From: an uncultured Alphaproteobacteria bacterium
GTDB taxonomy: Bacteria; Pseudomonadota; Alphaproteobacteria; Rhizobiales; Hyphomicrobiaceae
DNA length: 64,000 nucleotides
Assembly (NCBI GenBank): GCA_963825555.1
Contig: CAWGTZ010000011.1
Coordinates: 89,301 to 153,300 of the forward strand
Reading direction: 5' to 3'
Shown: positions 10,391-19,816 of the stretch, piece by piece
How the letters are laid out: each line of letters opens with the position of its first letter
How positions within the stretch are numbered: the stretch's first letter is position 1
Program-made: the position numbers and the translations under genes
The notes under the pieces: model-generated
What the model saw: the letters and a program-made list of their open reading frames with translations, nothing else
The model's database searches: none
What the model was told of the DNA's origin: nothing

Positions 10391-10830
10391 TCGGACCCGA
10401 GAGCAGCCAGGGCCGCTCTCATACTTTGGTTCAATGCTAGACATGATCGAGGAACCCAAGGGGACCTAAAAAGTCAACATCCACGCCGCACCGCAGCAAA
10501 AGTCTCCGCTTTGCTGCGCAGAAAATGAATCTCGCTGCCCCAAACAAAAGCTAATCAATTCAATTAATACCGACAGGATGTCTACGCTGTCGATAATGTC
10601 GTGCTGCATGCGCTCGCCGAAGGCTGCAGATCATCATGATCGAGCATGCATGTGCTCAAAAACAACCGCATGCACGTAAGCCCGATGACCTGAGTCAACG
10701 GCAGGCCAGCAGGCTGCGATGTATTTTTTCATGACTTGCGTGGAAGACCGGCAAAGCTCATGTTGGCTAGGAACGTGTGCTCCACCTTGAACAAGAGTGA
10801 GCAATTGGAACTCCGCGTTGATACGCGGCA

Positions 10831-11745
10831 ATGAATTGCACAGCAGGAGTAGTGACGGTGGGGCATCGGGGTTTCGTCAAATCGGAAACGGAAAAAGTCG
10901 GCGACCGCTGGAGTGCTGCGTCAGGTCTACGACTGGATTGGGGTTCCTCGCAAACAGCAAGAACCGGCCCCAGTTCACGAACGGCCCTGGCCGGCATCAT
11001 CGAGAACGACATCATCCCGCGCCTGCTGCGCACTCACGAAGATGGAACGCTAGCGGATCTGCCGTCATCCGGCCTGACGGGGGCCGAGAGAGTCGAGCGT
11101 ATCGAGGAATTCACTGAGGTCGTTCTTCAACCGGATGTCCGTCCGGCCATGGAGTACTTCGATATGATGCGCCTCCAGGGCGCATCCATCGAAATCCTTT
11201 TCAATGAGCTTCTTGCCCCGACGGCACGGCGACTTGGGGAGCTGTGGGAGCGCGACATCCGGGATTTCACTGAGGTCACCCGCGGGGTCGATCACATCCA
11301 GCAGATCGTAATGGCCTACTGCTCGGCCTTCTGCAATGAAGTGTCCTGTCCCCAATCGTCCCGGCGGATCCTCCTGATGACGCTTCCAGGGGAACGACAT
11401 AATCTTGGCGTCTGCATCATTCGCGCGCATTTCTGGCGCGAAGGCTGGGACGTGTGGTGCGACACCCCACAGTCCTTGAAGGATCTCGCCAGGCTCGTCA
11501 AAAGCCAGTGGTTTGATGTTCTCGGCTTTTCCGCCACCAGGGTGTCCGAACCGGATAAACTCGGCCTCGACATCAAAAATATCCGTAAGGCGTCGATCAA
11601 CAAGGATCTGACAATCATCGTCGGTGGCCACGCGTTTTTCGATAATCACAAACTCGTCGCTTCAGTTGGCGCGGACGGTACGGCTGTAGATGGTCGTGAA
11701 GCCGTAAAATCCATGTCGGAGCGACTGCGCGAACGCAGGCTCTGA
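10831..11745 (+). CDS. Cobalamin-binding protein (B12-binding_2 helical bundle + B12-binding Rossmann domain), with no DNA-binding domain
   Basis: LLMTLPGERHNLGVCII carries the E-x-H-x-x-G lower-ligand motif used by CarH-type proteins. It is followed by VLGFSA...IIVGGHAF. The N-terminal start is uncertain. Confidence 0.7.
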   Translation: MNCTAGVVTVGHRGFVKSETEKVGDRWSAASGLRLDWGSSQTARTGPSSRTALAGIIENDIIPRLLRTHEDGTLADLPSSGLTGAERVERIEEFTEVVLQPDVRPAMEYFDMMRLQGASIEILFNELLAPTARRLGELWERDIRDFTEVTRGVDHIQQIVMAYCSAFCNEVSCPQSSRRILLMTLPGERHNLGVCIIRAHFWREGWDVWCDTPQSLKDLARLVKSQWFDVLGFSATRVSEPDKLGLDIKNIRKASINKDLTIIVGGHAFFDNHKLVASVGADGTAVDGREAVKSMSERLRERRL

Positions 11746-11810
11746 GAGGAGGCGGTGCCGGATCCTCTTCTTGGGACCGCGAGCCTTCCGAAGACTGCTT
11801 ATGGCCCCTC

Positions 11811-12614
11811 TTACCTCCGCTCGTTCCGATGTGTGCGTTCGATTGATTGCACCGTTCGGATCACTTCGTCGTCGTTGAGCGGCGGACGGCAGCGCACATG
11901 GTTCCAAGATAGCAGGAGTTCCACCACGACATCCGGATCCACGCCATGCCAAAGAAGATGGCCGGCAAATGAAGCGATCGTGGAATTACGTTGGCCCTCC
12001 TTCACCCCTTCCTGCACAAGCGCGCGCCAGTAGGAGACCGAATGACCTCCGGCGCCTTCGCCGGAAAACCGGGGCTGCTCGAGCCATACCGGCAAGGCGG
12101 CCAGTTCTATCTGGCCCGGCGCATGACCCTTTCGCCAGCGATAGCGTTTGCCCGAGGGATGCACTGACGGCGGGACAATAATGCATCCTCCATCTCCCCT
12201 AAGATCGATGCCAGGCGCCAAGCCGGCGCGGTTTCTCACTTCGTGTCCTGGATGCGCAAAATAGAGATGCCGGCCCCCGCCACCAGTGATTGACTCAACA
12301 GTCTGCGGCACCGGTCCATGCCGGAATTCCAGATCGGCAAGCGATGCATCGCCGCCGTTCTCGGGATCGATGTCGATTACGACGACCCCGGAGATCTCGC
12401 CGGTCACCACGGCAAGGTTGCCATTGGGCCAGCGCTCATACCAGCCTGTGATTTCTTTCTCTGTCGGCATGCGGTGTTGATAGACCTGCCAACGCACAAT
12501 CGGCCGCTTGGTCCGCTCGCCGGCCACCACGATGGACCAGCCGCGGCGCAGATAGCCGAGCGCCGCTTCCAGATGCGCGCTCTCATTCTGCGGTGTCTTT
12601 TTACCGTCCGGCAC
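11811..12614 (-). CDS. Bifunctional DNA primase/polymerase (AEP Prim-Pol) with a PriCT-1-like C-terminus
   Basis: AEP motifs are intact: VVVIDIDPENGG (DxD), GGGGRHLYF (sxH) and GIDLRGDGGCIIVPPS. The C-terminal RNSTIASFAGHLLWHG...NDDEVIRTVQSI resembles PriCT-1. Confidence 0.85.
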   Translation of the reverse strand: MPDGKKTPQNESAHLEAALGYLRRGWSIVVAGERTKRPIVRWQVYQHRMPTEKEITGWYERWPNGNLAVVTGEISGVVVIDIDPENGGDASLADLEFRHGPVPQTVESITGGGGRHLYFAHPGHEVRNRAGLAPGIDLRGDGGCIIVPPSVHPSGKRYRWRKGHAPGQIELAALPVWLEQPRFSGEGAGGHSVSYWRALVQEGVKEGQRNSTIASFAGHLLWHGVDPDVVVELLLSWNHVRCRPPLNDDEVIRTVQSIERTHRNERR

Positions 12615-12659
12615 GGCTCAACTCCTGCAAGCGTGAGACGAATTCCGACGAGACGGACC

Positions 12660-13862
12660 TCATGCCACCGGTACGGTTCCGGCGAGGAAGTCCTTCCATA
12701 TGTCAGGCGTCCTTGCGATCTCGCGCGCTGCAACATCTTCGATCTTGCGCGCTATGTCTCCAGGCAGGCCGGCTTCGGCATATCGTATGCGCAGATGCGC
12801 AATGCGAGGCTTGTCGATAGGCTCACCGATCTGACTGACCAGATAGCATTCGGCGTCCGCCACGCCCGAAACCTCGGATACAAGAGCATTGGCAATCGCA
12901 TTCGCCGCCGCCGTGTAGATCTTGCCCACATGAGTTATGGGATTCTTCCCTGCCATCGCCTCCATGCACATGGGCCGCATGGGGGTGATGAGACCGTTCA
13001 TGCGGTTTCCGCGGCCGGTTTCTCCATCATCCCCCGCCTCTGCAGAGGTGCCTGAGACGGTCAGATAGACATCGCCAGCGCCCGGATCGTCGGCGGCATT
13101 CACATAGGCGGCAACATCCCGCTTCGTGATTCCACGCGCAATCTTCAGAGCCTCTTCACGAAGGCTCTGCTTAGCCGTCAAATAGGCATCGATGTCGCTG
13201 AGATGCCGCCCGATGAAGGCGCAGGAGATAGTCAAAGAGATGTGATCATGCTCACGCACCCCCATGACCTTGATGTCCTCACCCAACTCGGGAAAGCGCT
13301 CCTTGAACGAGCACGTATTCAATCCTCGCTCGACGGCCAGAACAACACGCTCCAAGTCGCTCGGCGGGCCAAAACCAACACCGCACGACGTATCGTTAGC
13401 CAGGAACACGCCGCGCGCCTGCTGACGCATGAAGAGATTTACGAGTTCGCTTGACCCCGGCCGCGTAATGCAGTGGAGCCTGAGGCCCGCTTCCGGATCG
13501 AAGGCGTGCATGTTCGCATCAAACCAAGATCGAACCGCCTCTTCCGCCAGATCGAAAATCGGAACCAACTCTCCCCGCACTTCTGCCGTTGCGCGGCCGG
13601 AGAGATAGAGATCGAAGGGCTTGACGATCCGGCCGCCGCCGAATTCCGCCTGCGATTGCCCCGCCGACAGAAGCGCCTTGTCCACATTGTGGTGCAACAC
13701 GAGTCCGAAGTGCTGAAGATAGAATTTGGAAAGCGCAGCACTGAAGGCCTCGCTCAGCATATCGCAGATCGTATCGGGATGGCCGATCCCCTTGCGTTCG
13801 ACGATCTCCAGCGGACGCTCATCCGGCATCGCGTCGTGGCTCAGTTCGATCTTGATAGCCAT
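12660..13862 (-). CDS. Archaeal-type S-adenosylmethionine synthetase (methionine adenosyltransferase)
   Basis: Shows the hallmarks of the archaeal MAT family rather than bacterial MetK: [99 protein letters not shown]. Start taken at MAIKIEL (13862). Confidence 0.85.
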   Translation of the reverse strand: MAIKIELSHDAMPDERPLEIVERKGIGHPDTICDMLSEAFSAALSKFYLQHFGLVLHHNVDKALLSAGQSQAEFGGGRIVKPFDLYLSGRATAEVRGELVPIFDLAEEAVRSWFDANMHAFDPEAGLRLHCITRPGSSELVNLFMRQQARGVFLANDTSCGVGFGPPSDLERVVLAVERGLNTCSFKERFPELGEDIKVMGVREHDHISLTISCAFIGRHLSDIDAYLTAKQSLREEALKIARGITKRDVAAYVNAADDPGAGDVYLTVSGTSAEAGDDGETGRGNRMNGLITPMRPMCMEAMAGKNPITHVGKIYTAAANAIANALVSEVSGVADAECYLVSQIGEPIDKPRIAHLRIRYAEAGLPGDIARKIEDVAAREIARTPDIWKDFLAGTVPVA

Positions 13863-13947
13863 GATGTCGATCCGACCTTCCAAAAGCCCCGGGAATGTCT
13901 TCTCTTACATCCGCAAAGGGACGGGACGCCAGCACCCGTCCGACTTA

Positions 13948-15576
13948 ATGATGCGGAGATCAGAGGTGCCAACATCAAACGTGATCCTGCGCTTCTGCGG
14001 TGCAGCACGCACCGTGACGGGGTCGTGCTATTGGCTCCGTGGGCAGACCTTCAGCTTTATCGTCGATTGTGGACTCTTCCAGGGATCGAAGACACTGAAG
14101 GAGCTGAACTACCGGCCGTTCCCCTTCGATCCCAAAGAGATCGACTTCGTCCTGCTGACTCATGCGCATATCGACCATTCGGGTCTTCTGCCGCGCCTGA
14201 TCAAAGAAGGTTTCAAAGGGCCTGCCTACATGACCCGCGGCACGAAGGATCTTCTGACCTTCATGCTGCCAGACAGCGGACACATCCAGGAAAGCGAAGT
14301 CGAACAGCTCAACTTACGCAAACAGCAATGGGGGCGCCCGGAGGTCGAGCCGATCTATACGAGGGCCGATGCCGAGCGCGCGCTCGAGAACTTCAAGACC
14401 GTTCCGTACGAGGTCTGGATCCAACCCTGCGACGAGGTGCGGGCCCGCTTCTGGAATGCGGGGCATATTCTGGGATCGGCCTCGATCGAGATCGAGGTTG
14501 CCACCGAGCAGCGCGAGCAACGGCTCCTGCGTATTCTCTTCTCCGGCGATATCGGTCCGGAACACAAGCTTTTCCACGCCGATCCCGAGGCGCCTGCGAA
14601 CTTCGATTACGTCATTTCGGAATCGACCTATGGCGGCCGAAAGCGCACGCGAGCCGACCCAAAACATCGCCGCATGCTGCTGTCGCAGGAGGTCAAACAG
14701 GCACTTCGGGCTGACGGCGTGCTGATTATTCCTGTGTTTGCCGTCGAGCGGACACAAGAACTCGTGTCCGACCTCATCAGCCTGCGGGAAAGCGGCGGAA
14801 TTCCCGCCGTGCCGATTTTTCTCGATTCCCCGCTCGCCATCCGCGTGACACGGGTCTTCGAGGCTCATGCCCATGAACTCGAGGATCTGGCCGGTCGCGC
14901 TCGCCTTCTCGACAATCCGGCCATCATTCCGACGGAGACGAGCGAAGAAAGCAAGCGGATCAACAGCGTCCGCGGCGGAGCCATTATTCTGGCGGCAAGC
15001 GGCATGTGCGAGGCCGGCCGCATTCGCCACCATCTGAAACACTGGCTCTGGCGCGAGCAGGCCACCGTACTTCTCGCCGGCTATCAGGCGCCGGGCACGC
15101 TCGGCCGACTGCTCGCCGACGGCGCCACCTCTGTCCGCATCCAAGGTGACGAGATCCACGTCAAGGCGCACATCCGGCAGACCGATCTCTATTCCGGTCA
15201 CGCGGATGGCAAAGAACTGGTTGCCTGGATCGAAGAGCGCCAGCCCATCAAGCGCGCCCTATGTCTTACCCACGGCGACGAAGAGGAGATCAAGGCTCTG
15301 ACCGCAGCGCTCGCGGCCCACGGCATGAGCGAGGAGCGCATCATCGCACCGGTCCTCGACGACGAAATGGAGCTTCTGGGAGACGGCGCCTCACCGCGGT
15401 TCCGCCCCGCGCCGCGCCGTCTCGATCCGGAAGTCGTTGGGCGGCCGGACTGGCACAACGAATTCGCCCAGATCTCGCTCGATATCCGCAGCGCCCTCGA
15501 TCAGGCGGCCGACGACCGATCTCGCAACATCGTGCTGCGCAGGCTGAGACGCGCCTTGGAGGTTTCGGAAGATTAG
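13948..15576 (+). CDS. MBL-fold beta-CASP nuclease (RNA-metabolising metallo-beta-lactamase family)
   Basis: GAARTVTGSCYWL, THAHIDHSG and later ESTYG and HGD motifs. The ORF track begins at 13726, but that part overlaps the divergent MAT gene, so ATG 13948 was chosen. Confidence 0.85.
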   Translation: MMRRSEVPTSNVILRFCGAARTVTGSCYWLRGQTFSFIVDCGLFQGSKTLKELNYRPFPFDPKEIDFVLLTHAHIDHSGLLPRLIKEGFKGPAYMTRGTKDLLTFMLPDSGHIQESEVEQLNLRKQQWGRPEVEPIYTRADAERALENFKTVPYEVWIQPCDEVRARFWNAGHILGSASIEIEVATEQREQRLLRILFSGDIGPEHKLFHADPEAPANFDYVISESTYGGRKRTRADPKHRRMLLSQEVKQALRADGVLIIPVFAVERTQELVSDLISLRESGGIPAVPIFLDSPLAIRVTRVFEAHAHELEDLAGRARLLDNPAIIPTETSEESKRINSVRGGAIILAASGMCEAGRIRHHLKHWLWREQATVLLAGYQAPGTLGRLLADGATSVRIQGDEIHVKAHIRQTDLYSGHADGKELVAWIEERQPIKRALCLTHGDEEEIKALTAALAAHGMSEERIIAPVLDDEMELLGDGASPRFRPAPRRLDPEVVGRPDWHNEFAQISLDIRSALDQAADDRSRNIVLRRLRRALEVSED

Positions 15577-15661
15577 GCCCTAGGGCGTCGCGGCGCTGCA
15601 CACGGCGAGCAATTGACTTTTTTTGTCCGCATTGCACCTTCCTTTTCCGCTTCTGTGATCC

Positions 15662-15675
15662 TTGACGCACGTCAA
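15662..15675. promoter_or_regulatory. FNR/FixK-type box TTGACGCACGTCAA upstream of the Lon-like protease gene
   Basis: Perfect TTGA-N6-TCAA palindrome in the 206-nt gap before ATG 15783, centred about 115 nt upstream. It is 13/14 identical to the box at 48285. Confidence 0.5.
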
Positions 15676-15782
15676 GAAGCCCGCACGTTTGCCAGTGATA
15701 CAGATTGAATTGGACGTGCGCACACGAAGAGCCTACGCGGCGTGCAGGCTCAAAATCCTCTGTCCAAGTCCAGAACAATCCT

Positions 15783-18278
15783 ATGCTATCGGACGGCGAG
15801 GGAGCTTGGCACGTGACACAATCAGAACCTGATCGAGGAAGGCTCAAGGCCCGCGCTTCACCACCCAGCGCACTTCCTGTTGAAGCGCTTCATAAAGCGG
15901 CCGATCTCAGCACGCTCACGTTCGAGACGACGGCTGATCTTCCGCCGCTGGAAGGTGAAACGCACCAGAGTCGCGCGCTTGAGGCTGTTGTCTTCGGAAC
16001 AGAAATCCATCGACCAGGTTACAACCTGTTCGTCATAGGCCCGCGTGAAACCCGCATGCGTGAGGTGGTCGCGCGCATCCTCACCGATACGGTGCACAAG
16101 GAAACGGCGCCCTCAGACTGGATCTATGTCAATAACTTCACGGACCCCAGGAAGCCGACTGCAATCGAACTTCCAGCCGGGAGGGCGCCGAAATTCCACG
16201 ATGCCATGCATGAACTCGTCGACGATCTGAAGGCCACCCTTCCCAGCGCCTTCGAGAGTGAGGACTACACGACGAGGCGCGCCGCCATCGACGAGAAATT
16301 CACCAAGGCACAGGCCGATGCCTTCAGTGGCCTACGCGACAAGGCGACCGAGAAGGGAATTGCCATTCTGCGCACACCCTTCGGCTTCACGCTCGCACCC
16401 GAGAAAGACGGTTCCGTCGTGCCGCCAAGCGAATTCGCGAAGTGGCCGGATGCTGACCAGGACGAGACGCGGCGAAACATGGAAATACTGGAAAAGGAAC
16501 TTGATCAGATCGTTCGCTTCGTCCCTCGGTTGGAGAAGGACCATCGCGAGGCGATCCGCCAGCTCAACCGGGAAACGGCGGAGACCGCCGTCGGTCACCT
16601 AATCGAGGAGGTTAAGATCCGCTTTTTGGATCTACCCGTGATCATTGATCGGCTCGAAACCGTGCGCAACGATCTTCTGGAGAACGTCGCGATCTTCGTG
16701 CAGAAGAGCGACGAAGGCGGTGAGATCCCTGCTCCGCCGCTCGCTCATACGCCCTTCGAGCGCTACGAAGTCAATGTTCTCGTCACTCACGATCCTGCCA
16801 ATCTCGCAGCACCACTGATCGAAGAATATCATCCGACGCTCGGCAACCTCATGGGGCGCATCGAGCATGTGGCACATCAGGGCACTCTGATCACGAACTT
16901 CCGCATGATACGCGCCGGTGCGCTGCACCGTGCGAACGGGGGGTTCCTGCTGCTCGATATCCGACACCTGCTGACCGAACCATTCAGCTGGGCCGCTCTC
17001 AAGAGATCCCTGCAGCGCGGCATGATCGTTATCGAGGACATCGGACAACTTATCGGCTTTGCAACCACGTCGCCGCTCGAGCCCGATCCGATCCCGCTCG
17101 ATACCAAAGTGATCCTGTTTGGCGATCGGATCGTGTACTTCCTTCTTTCGGAACTGGATCCGGAAGTCGCTCACCACTTCAAGGTGCTGGCCGATTTCGA
17201 GGATGACGTGGAGCGCACGCCGGAGAGCGAGGCGCTGCATGCCCGCATTATCGCCAGTATTGTGCACCGCGAGAACCTGAAGCCTGCCTCGCGGGATGCG
17301 GTCGCGCTCGTCATCGGAAGATGCGCACGTATGGCTGGAAATGCCGAGCGCCTGAGCCTGCTGACAGAACACGTACGCGATATTCTGATCGAGGCCGATC
17401 ATTGGGCAACACGAGACGGGCGTCCGATCATTGAGGCTCAAGACGTGCAGCGCGCCATTGACCAGAAGGATCGCCGCAGCGGCCGCGTGCGCGATCGGAT
17501 GCAGGATAGCATCCTGAAGAAATTCGCCCTGATCAGCACGACGGGAGCCGCTGTTGGACAGGTCAATGCATTGAGCGTTTTGGAGCTTGCCGGCTTTGTT
17601 TTCGGGCAGCCGTCGCGGATCACCTGCCGCGTCCGGCCCGGTTCCGGGGAGGTCATCGATATTGAGCGCGAGGTCGAACTCGGGGGGGCGACGCACTCGA
17701 AGGGCGTGCTGATCCTCTCCGGCTATTTGGCAGGCCGTTATGCGCTAGATACACCGATGTCCCTTCTCGCAAGCCTCGTCTTTGAGCAATCCTATGTCGG
17801 CATTGAAGGCGACAGCGCATCGACAGCCGAACTCCTGGCGCTTCTCTCTGCTCTCTCCGAGGCACCGTTGCGGCAGGATCTGGCCGTGACCGGCTCCGTC
17901 AATCAGAACGGCGAGATCCAAGCCATCGGCGGCGTGAACGAGAAAATCGAGGGCTTCTTCGATATCTGCAAGGCGCGCGGTCTTACCGGCAGCCAGGGCG
18001 TGGTTATCCCGAAATCGAATACGCGCAATCTGATGCTCCGCCAGGATGTGATCGATGCATGCCGGAGCGGCCAATTCGCGATCTATGCCGTAGAGAATAT
18101 CGACGAGGCCCTGCATCTGTTTACCGGCCTGCCCGCCGGCCAGCGCCAACTCGACGGCGAATTCCCGTTCGGCTCCGTCAATCATCTGGTCGAAGAGCGA
18201 CTGCGCACATTCGCCGAGGTCCGGCGGATCTATGCGGGAACCGGGGAAAGCGCGCCGGGCGAGGAGAGTGGGGGATGA
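15783..18278 (+). CDS. Lon-like (LonH/YcbZ-type) protease with an N-terminal AAA-like region and a degenerate P-loop
   Basis: The C-terminal S16 domain is clear: FEQSYVGIEGDSASTAELLALLSAL and GGVNEKIEGFF (Ser-Lys dyad). The central region has LHRANGGFLLLD. At the expected Walker A position the sequence reads GPRETRMRE. Start ATG 15783 fits the upstream box. Confidence 0.8.
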   Translation: MLSDGEGAWHVTQSEPDRGRLKARASPPSALPVEALHKAADLSTLTFETTADLPPLEGETHQSRALEAVVFGTEIHRPGYNLFVIGPRETRMREVVARILTDTVHKETAPSDWIYVNNFTDPRKPTAIELPAGRAPKFHDAMHELVDDLKATLPSAFESEDYTTRRAAIDEKFTKAQADAFSGLRDKATEKGIAILRTPFGFTLAPEKDGSVVPPSEFAKWPDADQDETRRNMEILEKELDQIVRFVPRLEKDHREAIRQLNRETAETAVGHLIEEVKIRFLDLPVIIDRLETVRNDLLENVAIFVQKSDEGGEIPAPPLAHTPFERYEVNVLVTHDPANLAAPLIEEYHPTLGNLMGRIEHVAHQGTLITNFRMIRAGALHRANGGFLLLDIRHLLTEPFSWAALKRSLQRGMIVIEDIGQLIGFATTSPLEPDPIPLDTKVILFGDRIVYFLLSELDPEVAHHFKVLADFEDDVERTPESEALHARIIASIVHRENLKPASRDAVALVIGRCARMAGNAERLSLLTEHVRDILIEADHWATRDGRPIIEAQDVQRAIDQKDRRSGRVRDRMQDSILKKFALISTTGAAVGQVNALSVLELAGFVFGQPSRITCRVRPGSGEVIDIEREVELGGATHSKGVLILSGYLAGRYALDTPMSLLASLVFEQSYVGIEGDSASTAELLALLSALSEAPLRQDLAVTGSVNQNGEIQAIGGVNEKIEGFFDICKARGLTGSQGVVIPKSNTRNLMLRQDVIDACRSGQFAIYAVENIDEALHLFTGLPAGQRQLDGEFPFGSVNHLVEERLRTFAEVRRIYAGTGESAPGEESGG

Positions 18279-19102
18279 CCACAGGCGGCCAGATGATATT
18301 CCGCCGCGCAGTGCTTGGATTTGACTGCGAGACATACAATGTAGCGGCCCTTGACGTTGCCGCGCACCTCGCCCGAGCACTGCGGCTCGATCTCTTCGGA
18401 ATCTTCGTGTTGGACCAGATGCTCGATCTCATCGCCGAATATCCCGGCGCGCGCGAATTCGTTACCTCCGGCCGACACTGGCGCGCAGTGGATCGCGCGC
18501 AACTGCGAGAGCAAGAGCTTGAATTGGCGCTTGGACTCCGGCGCATATTCGATGCAAAAGCCGCAGCAGAGAAGCTTGCCGGCACCTTCGAGGTAGCCAG
18601 TGGGCGGGTCTCGGACATCCTGGCCGGCACGACCATGCGGACTGACATCCTTGTCATCGCCGAACCGCGAAATACGATCGGGCTCGTTACCAAAACATTC
18701 CCGGTCATCCTTGAGATGGCAATACGGTCGCATGCCTCGGTGCTGCTCGTACCGCGACGGGCCATGCAACGCCGCGGACCAATCTTGGCGATTGCCGGGT
18801 CGCCCAACGACCCCGCGATCGCGACGGCGCGAGCGATCGCGGCTGCCTCCAGCGAAAACTTTGCTATCGTCACCCCCTATGCCGCGGCGATCCCTTCGGA
18901 GGCGGCGCCCCTCGATCAACGCCGTCCGAAGGACATCTTCGATCAAATCCCACCCGCAAGCCTGATCGTAGGCTCGCGAACGGGCCTCTTCGCCAGCCGT
19001 GAAGAGATCTTGACGGCACTCGGCCGTTCACGCGGCACGCCGCTGCTCTTACTGGAGCCAGAGGAACCTCTTCCGTCAGGCCAGAGCAAAGTCCAAGCCT
19101 AG
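18275..19102 (+). CDS. USP-like (tandem, degenerate) protein, translationally coupled to the Lon-like gene
   Basis: ATGA start/stop overlap at 18275-18278. Two repeats show a USP-like strand/helix pattern (ILVIAEP...SVLLVPRR; ILAIAGSP...TPLLLLEP). No clear ATP-binding G-x2-G-x9-G-S/T motif is seen. Confidence 0.45.
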   Translation: MTTGGQMIFRRAVLGFDCETYNVAALDVAAHLARALRLDLFGIFVLDQMLDLIAEYPGAREFVTSGRHWRAVDRAQLREQELELALGLRRIFDAKAAAEKLAGTFEVASGRVSDILAGTTMRTDILVIAEPRNTIGLVTKTFPVILEMAIRSHASVLLVPRRAMQRRGPILAIAGSPNDPAIATARAIAAASSENFAIVTPYAAAIPSEAAPLDQRRPKDIFDQIPPASLIVGSRTGLFASREEILTALGRSRGTPLLLLEPEEPLPSGQSKVQA

Positions 19103-19816
19103 CGGCCCATGCCGCGCTTCGAGGCCTTCCGCGAGACTCGTCAGCCGTACGGCGAGTGCCGCATGGTCAACGAGGCGTTGGCGGAAGAGAGCCATTTCGA
19201 AAATGGACAGATAATCCGCCTCGCGGTTGCCACGCAGTTCGATGAGACGGGATCGCACGTGATGCTGCGCGATCTGATAGGCGCCGACGTAGAACAGAGC
19301 CCTGGGGTCCGACGCTATGACCCTTGTAATCGTCATGAACTTCTCAGCCTCTCCGTCAGGCATGCTCTCGACCTGACAGATGCGTTCCTGCCCTTCGAGG
19401 GCCTCGATAACCTCAAATAGGCCAAGGCGTTCAATGCCTTTCAAGCCACCGTCCAAATCCAGCACCGGAAGGAACGGATAAAGCCTGCAGACTGTAGTGC
19501 GCGTGGCGTGATCACACGCGCAGCCGGGCCGGCGGCTGACGATCGTTTCGATCCGCATGGTACGGGGACCAAACGCGTAGTTCACGACGCGATGGTGGTG
19601 GTCGCCAAATTGTTTCAGAAGATCGCGCCGCTGCAGGTACTCGTATTCACCAGGCAAGAGCGGCAGTTCTTGTGCCGGTTGGCCCCCTAGAAGCCGGAAC
19701 CGGGCCTTCTGCCGGCTGAAGCTGCAGCAATTCCCATTACCGCACAGTTGCCAGCAGCCCGGAATGTAAACGAGATCCGTCGCGTAAATCTTAGCGAAAT
19801 CGACGCCGCGCCGCAT
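19076..19816 (-). CDS. Cys-rich protein, possibly YkgJ/CxxCxxCC-type metal-chelating domain
   Basis: Cys clusters CWQLCGNGNCC, then PGCACDH and VCRLYPFLP. ATG at 19816, or GTG at 19828. The 3' end overlaps the convergent gene by 27 nt. Confidence 0.5.
   Translation of the reverse strand: MRRGVDFAKIYATDLVYIPGCWQLCGNGNCCSFSRQKARFRLLGGQPAQELPLLPGEYEYLQRRDLLKQFGDHHHRVVNYAFGPRTMRIETIVSRRPGCACDHATRTTVCRLYPFLPVLDLDGGLKGIERLGLFEVIEALEGQERICQVESMPDGEAEKFMTITRVIASDPRALFYVGAYQIAQHHVRSRLIELRGNREADYLSIFEMALFRQRLVDHAALAVRLTSLAEGLEARHGPLGLDFALA

Noticed and set aside
10634-10831. Small minus-strand ORF in the gap before the B12-binding gene, including a 32-aa version MKKYIAACWPAVDSGHRAYVHAVVFEHMHARS. I considered it as a possible RiPP or metallophore precursor because of its Cys/His content.
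   Set aside because: It has no SD and no adjacent maturation genes. It shows no resemblance to known precursor peptides that I can recall. Its composition is consistent with random translation.
16632-17696. Long antisense ORFs inside well-supported genes. Examples: 16632..17696 (354 aa, opposite the Lon-like gene), 13473..14714, 14314..15201, 35688..36536, 36537..37445, 9296..9991, 52076..52810, 48261..48896, 245..835 and 618..1214.
   Set aside because: They are typical shadow ORFs of GC-rich DNA. They are Arg/Ala/Gly/Pro-rich with no recognisable domains, and each fully overlaps a gene with clear family motifs on the other strand or in another frame.
19076-19102. The 27-nt convergent overlap of the USP-like and Cys-rich genes, considered as a possible sign of mis-called ends or an antisense regulatory arrangement.
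   Set aside because: Both stops are fixed by the reading frames, and short convergent overlaps are common in compact GC-rich genomes. There is no independent evidence of function.
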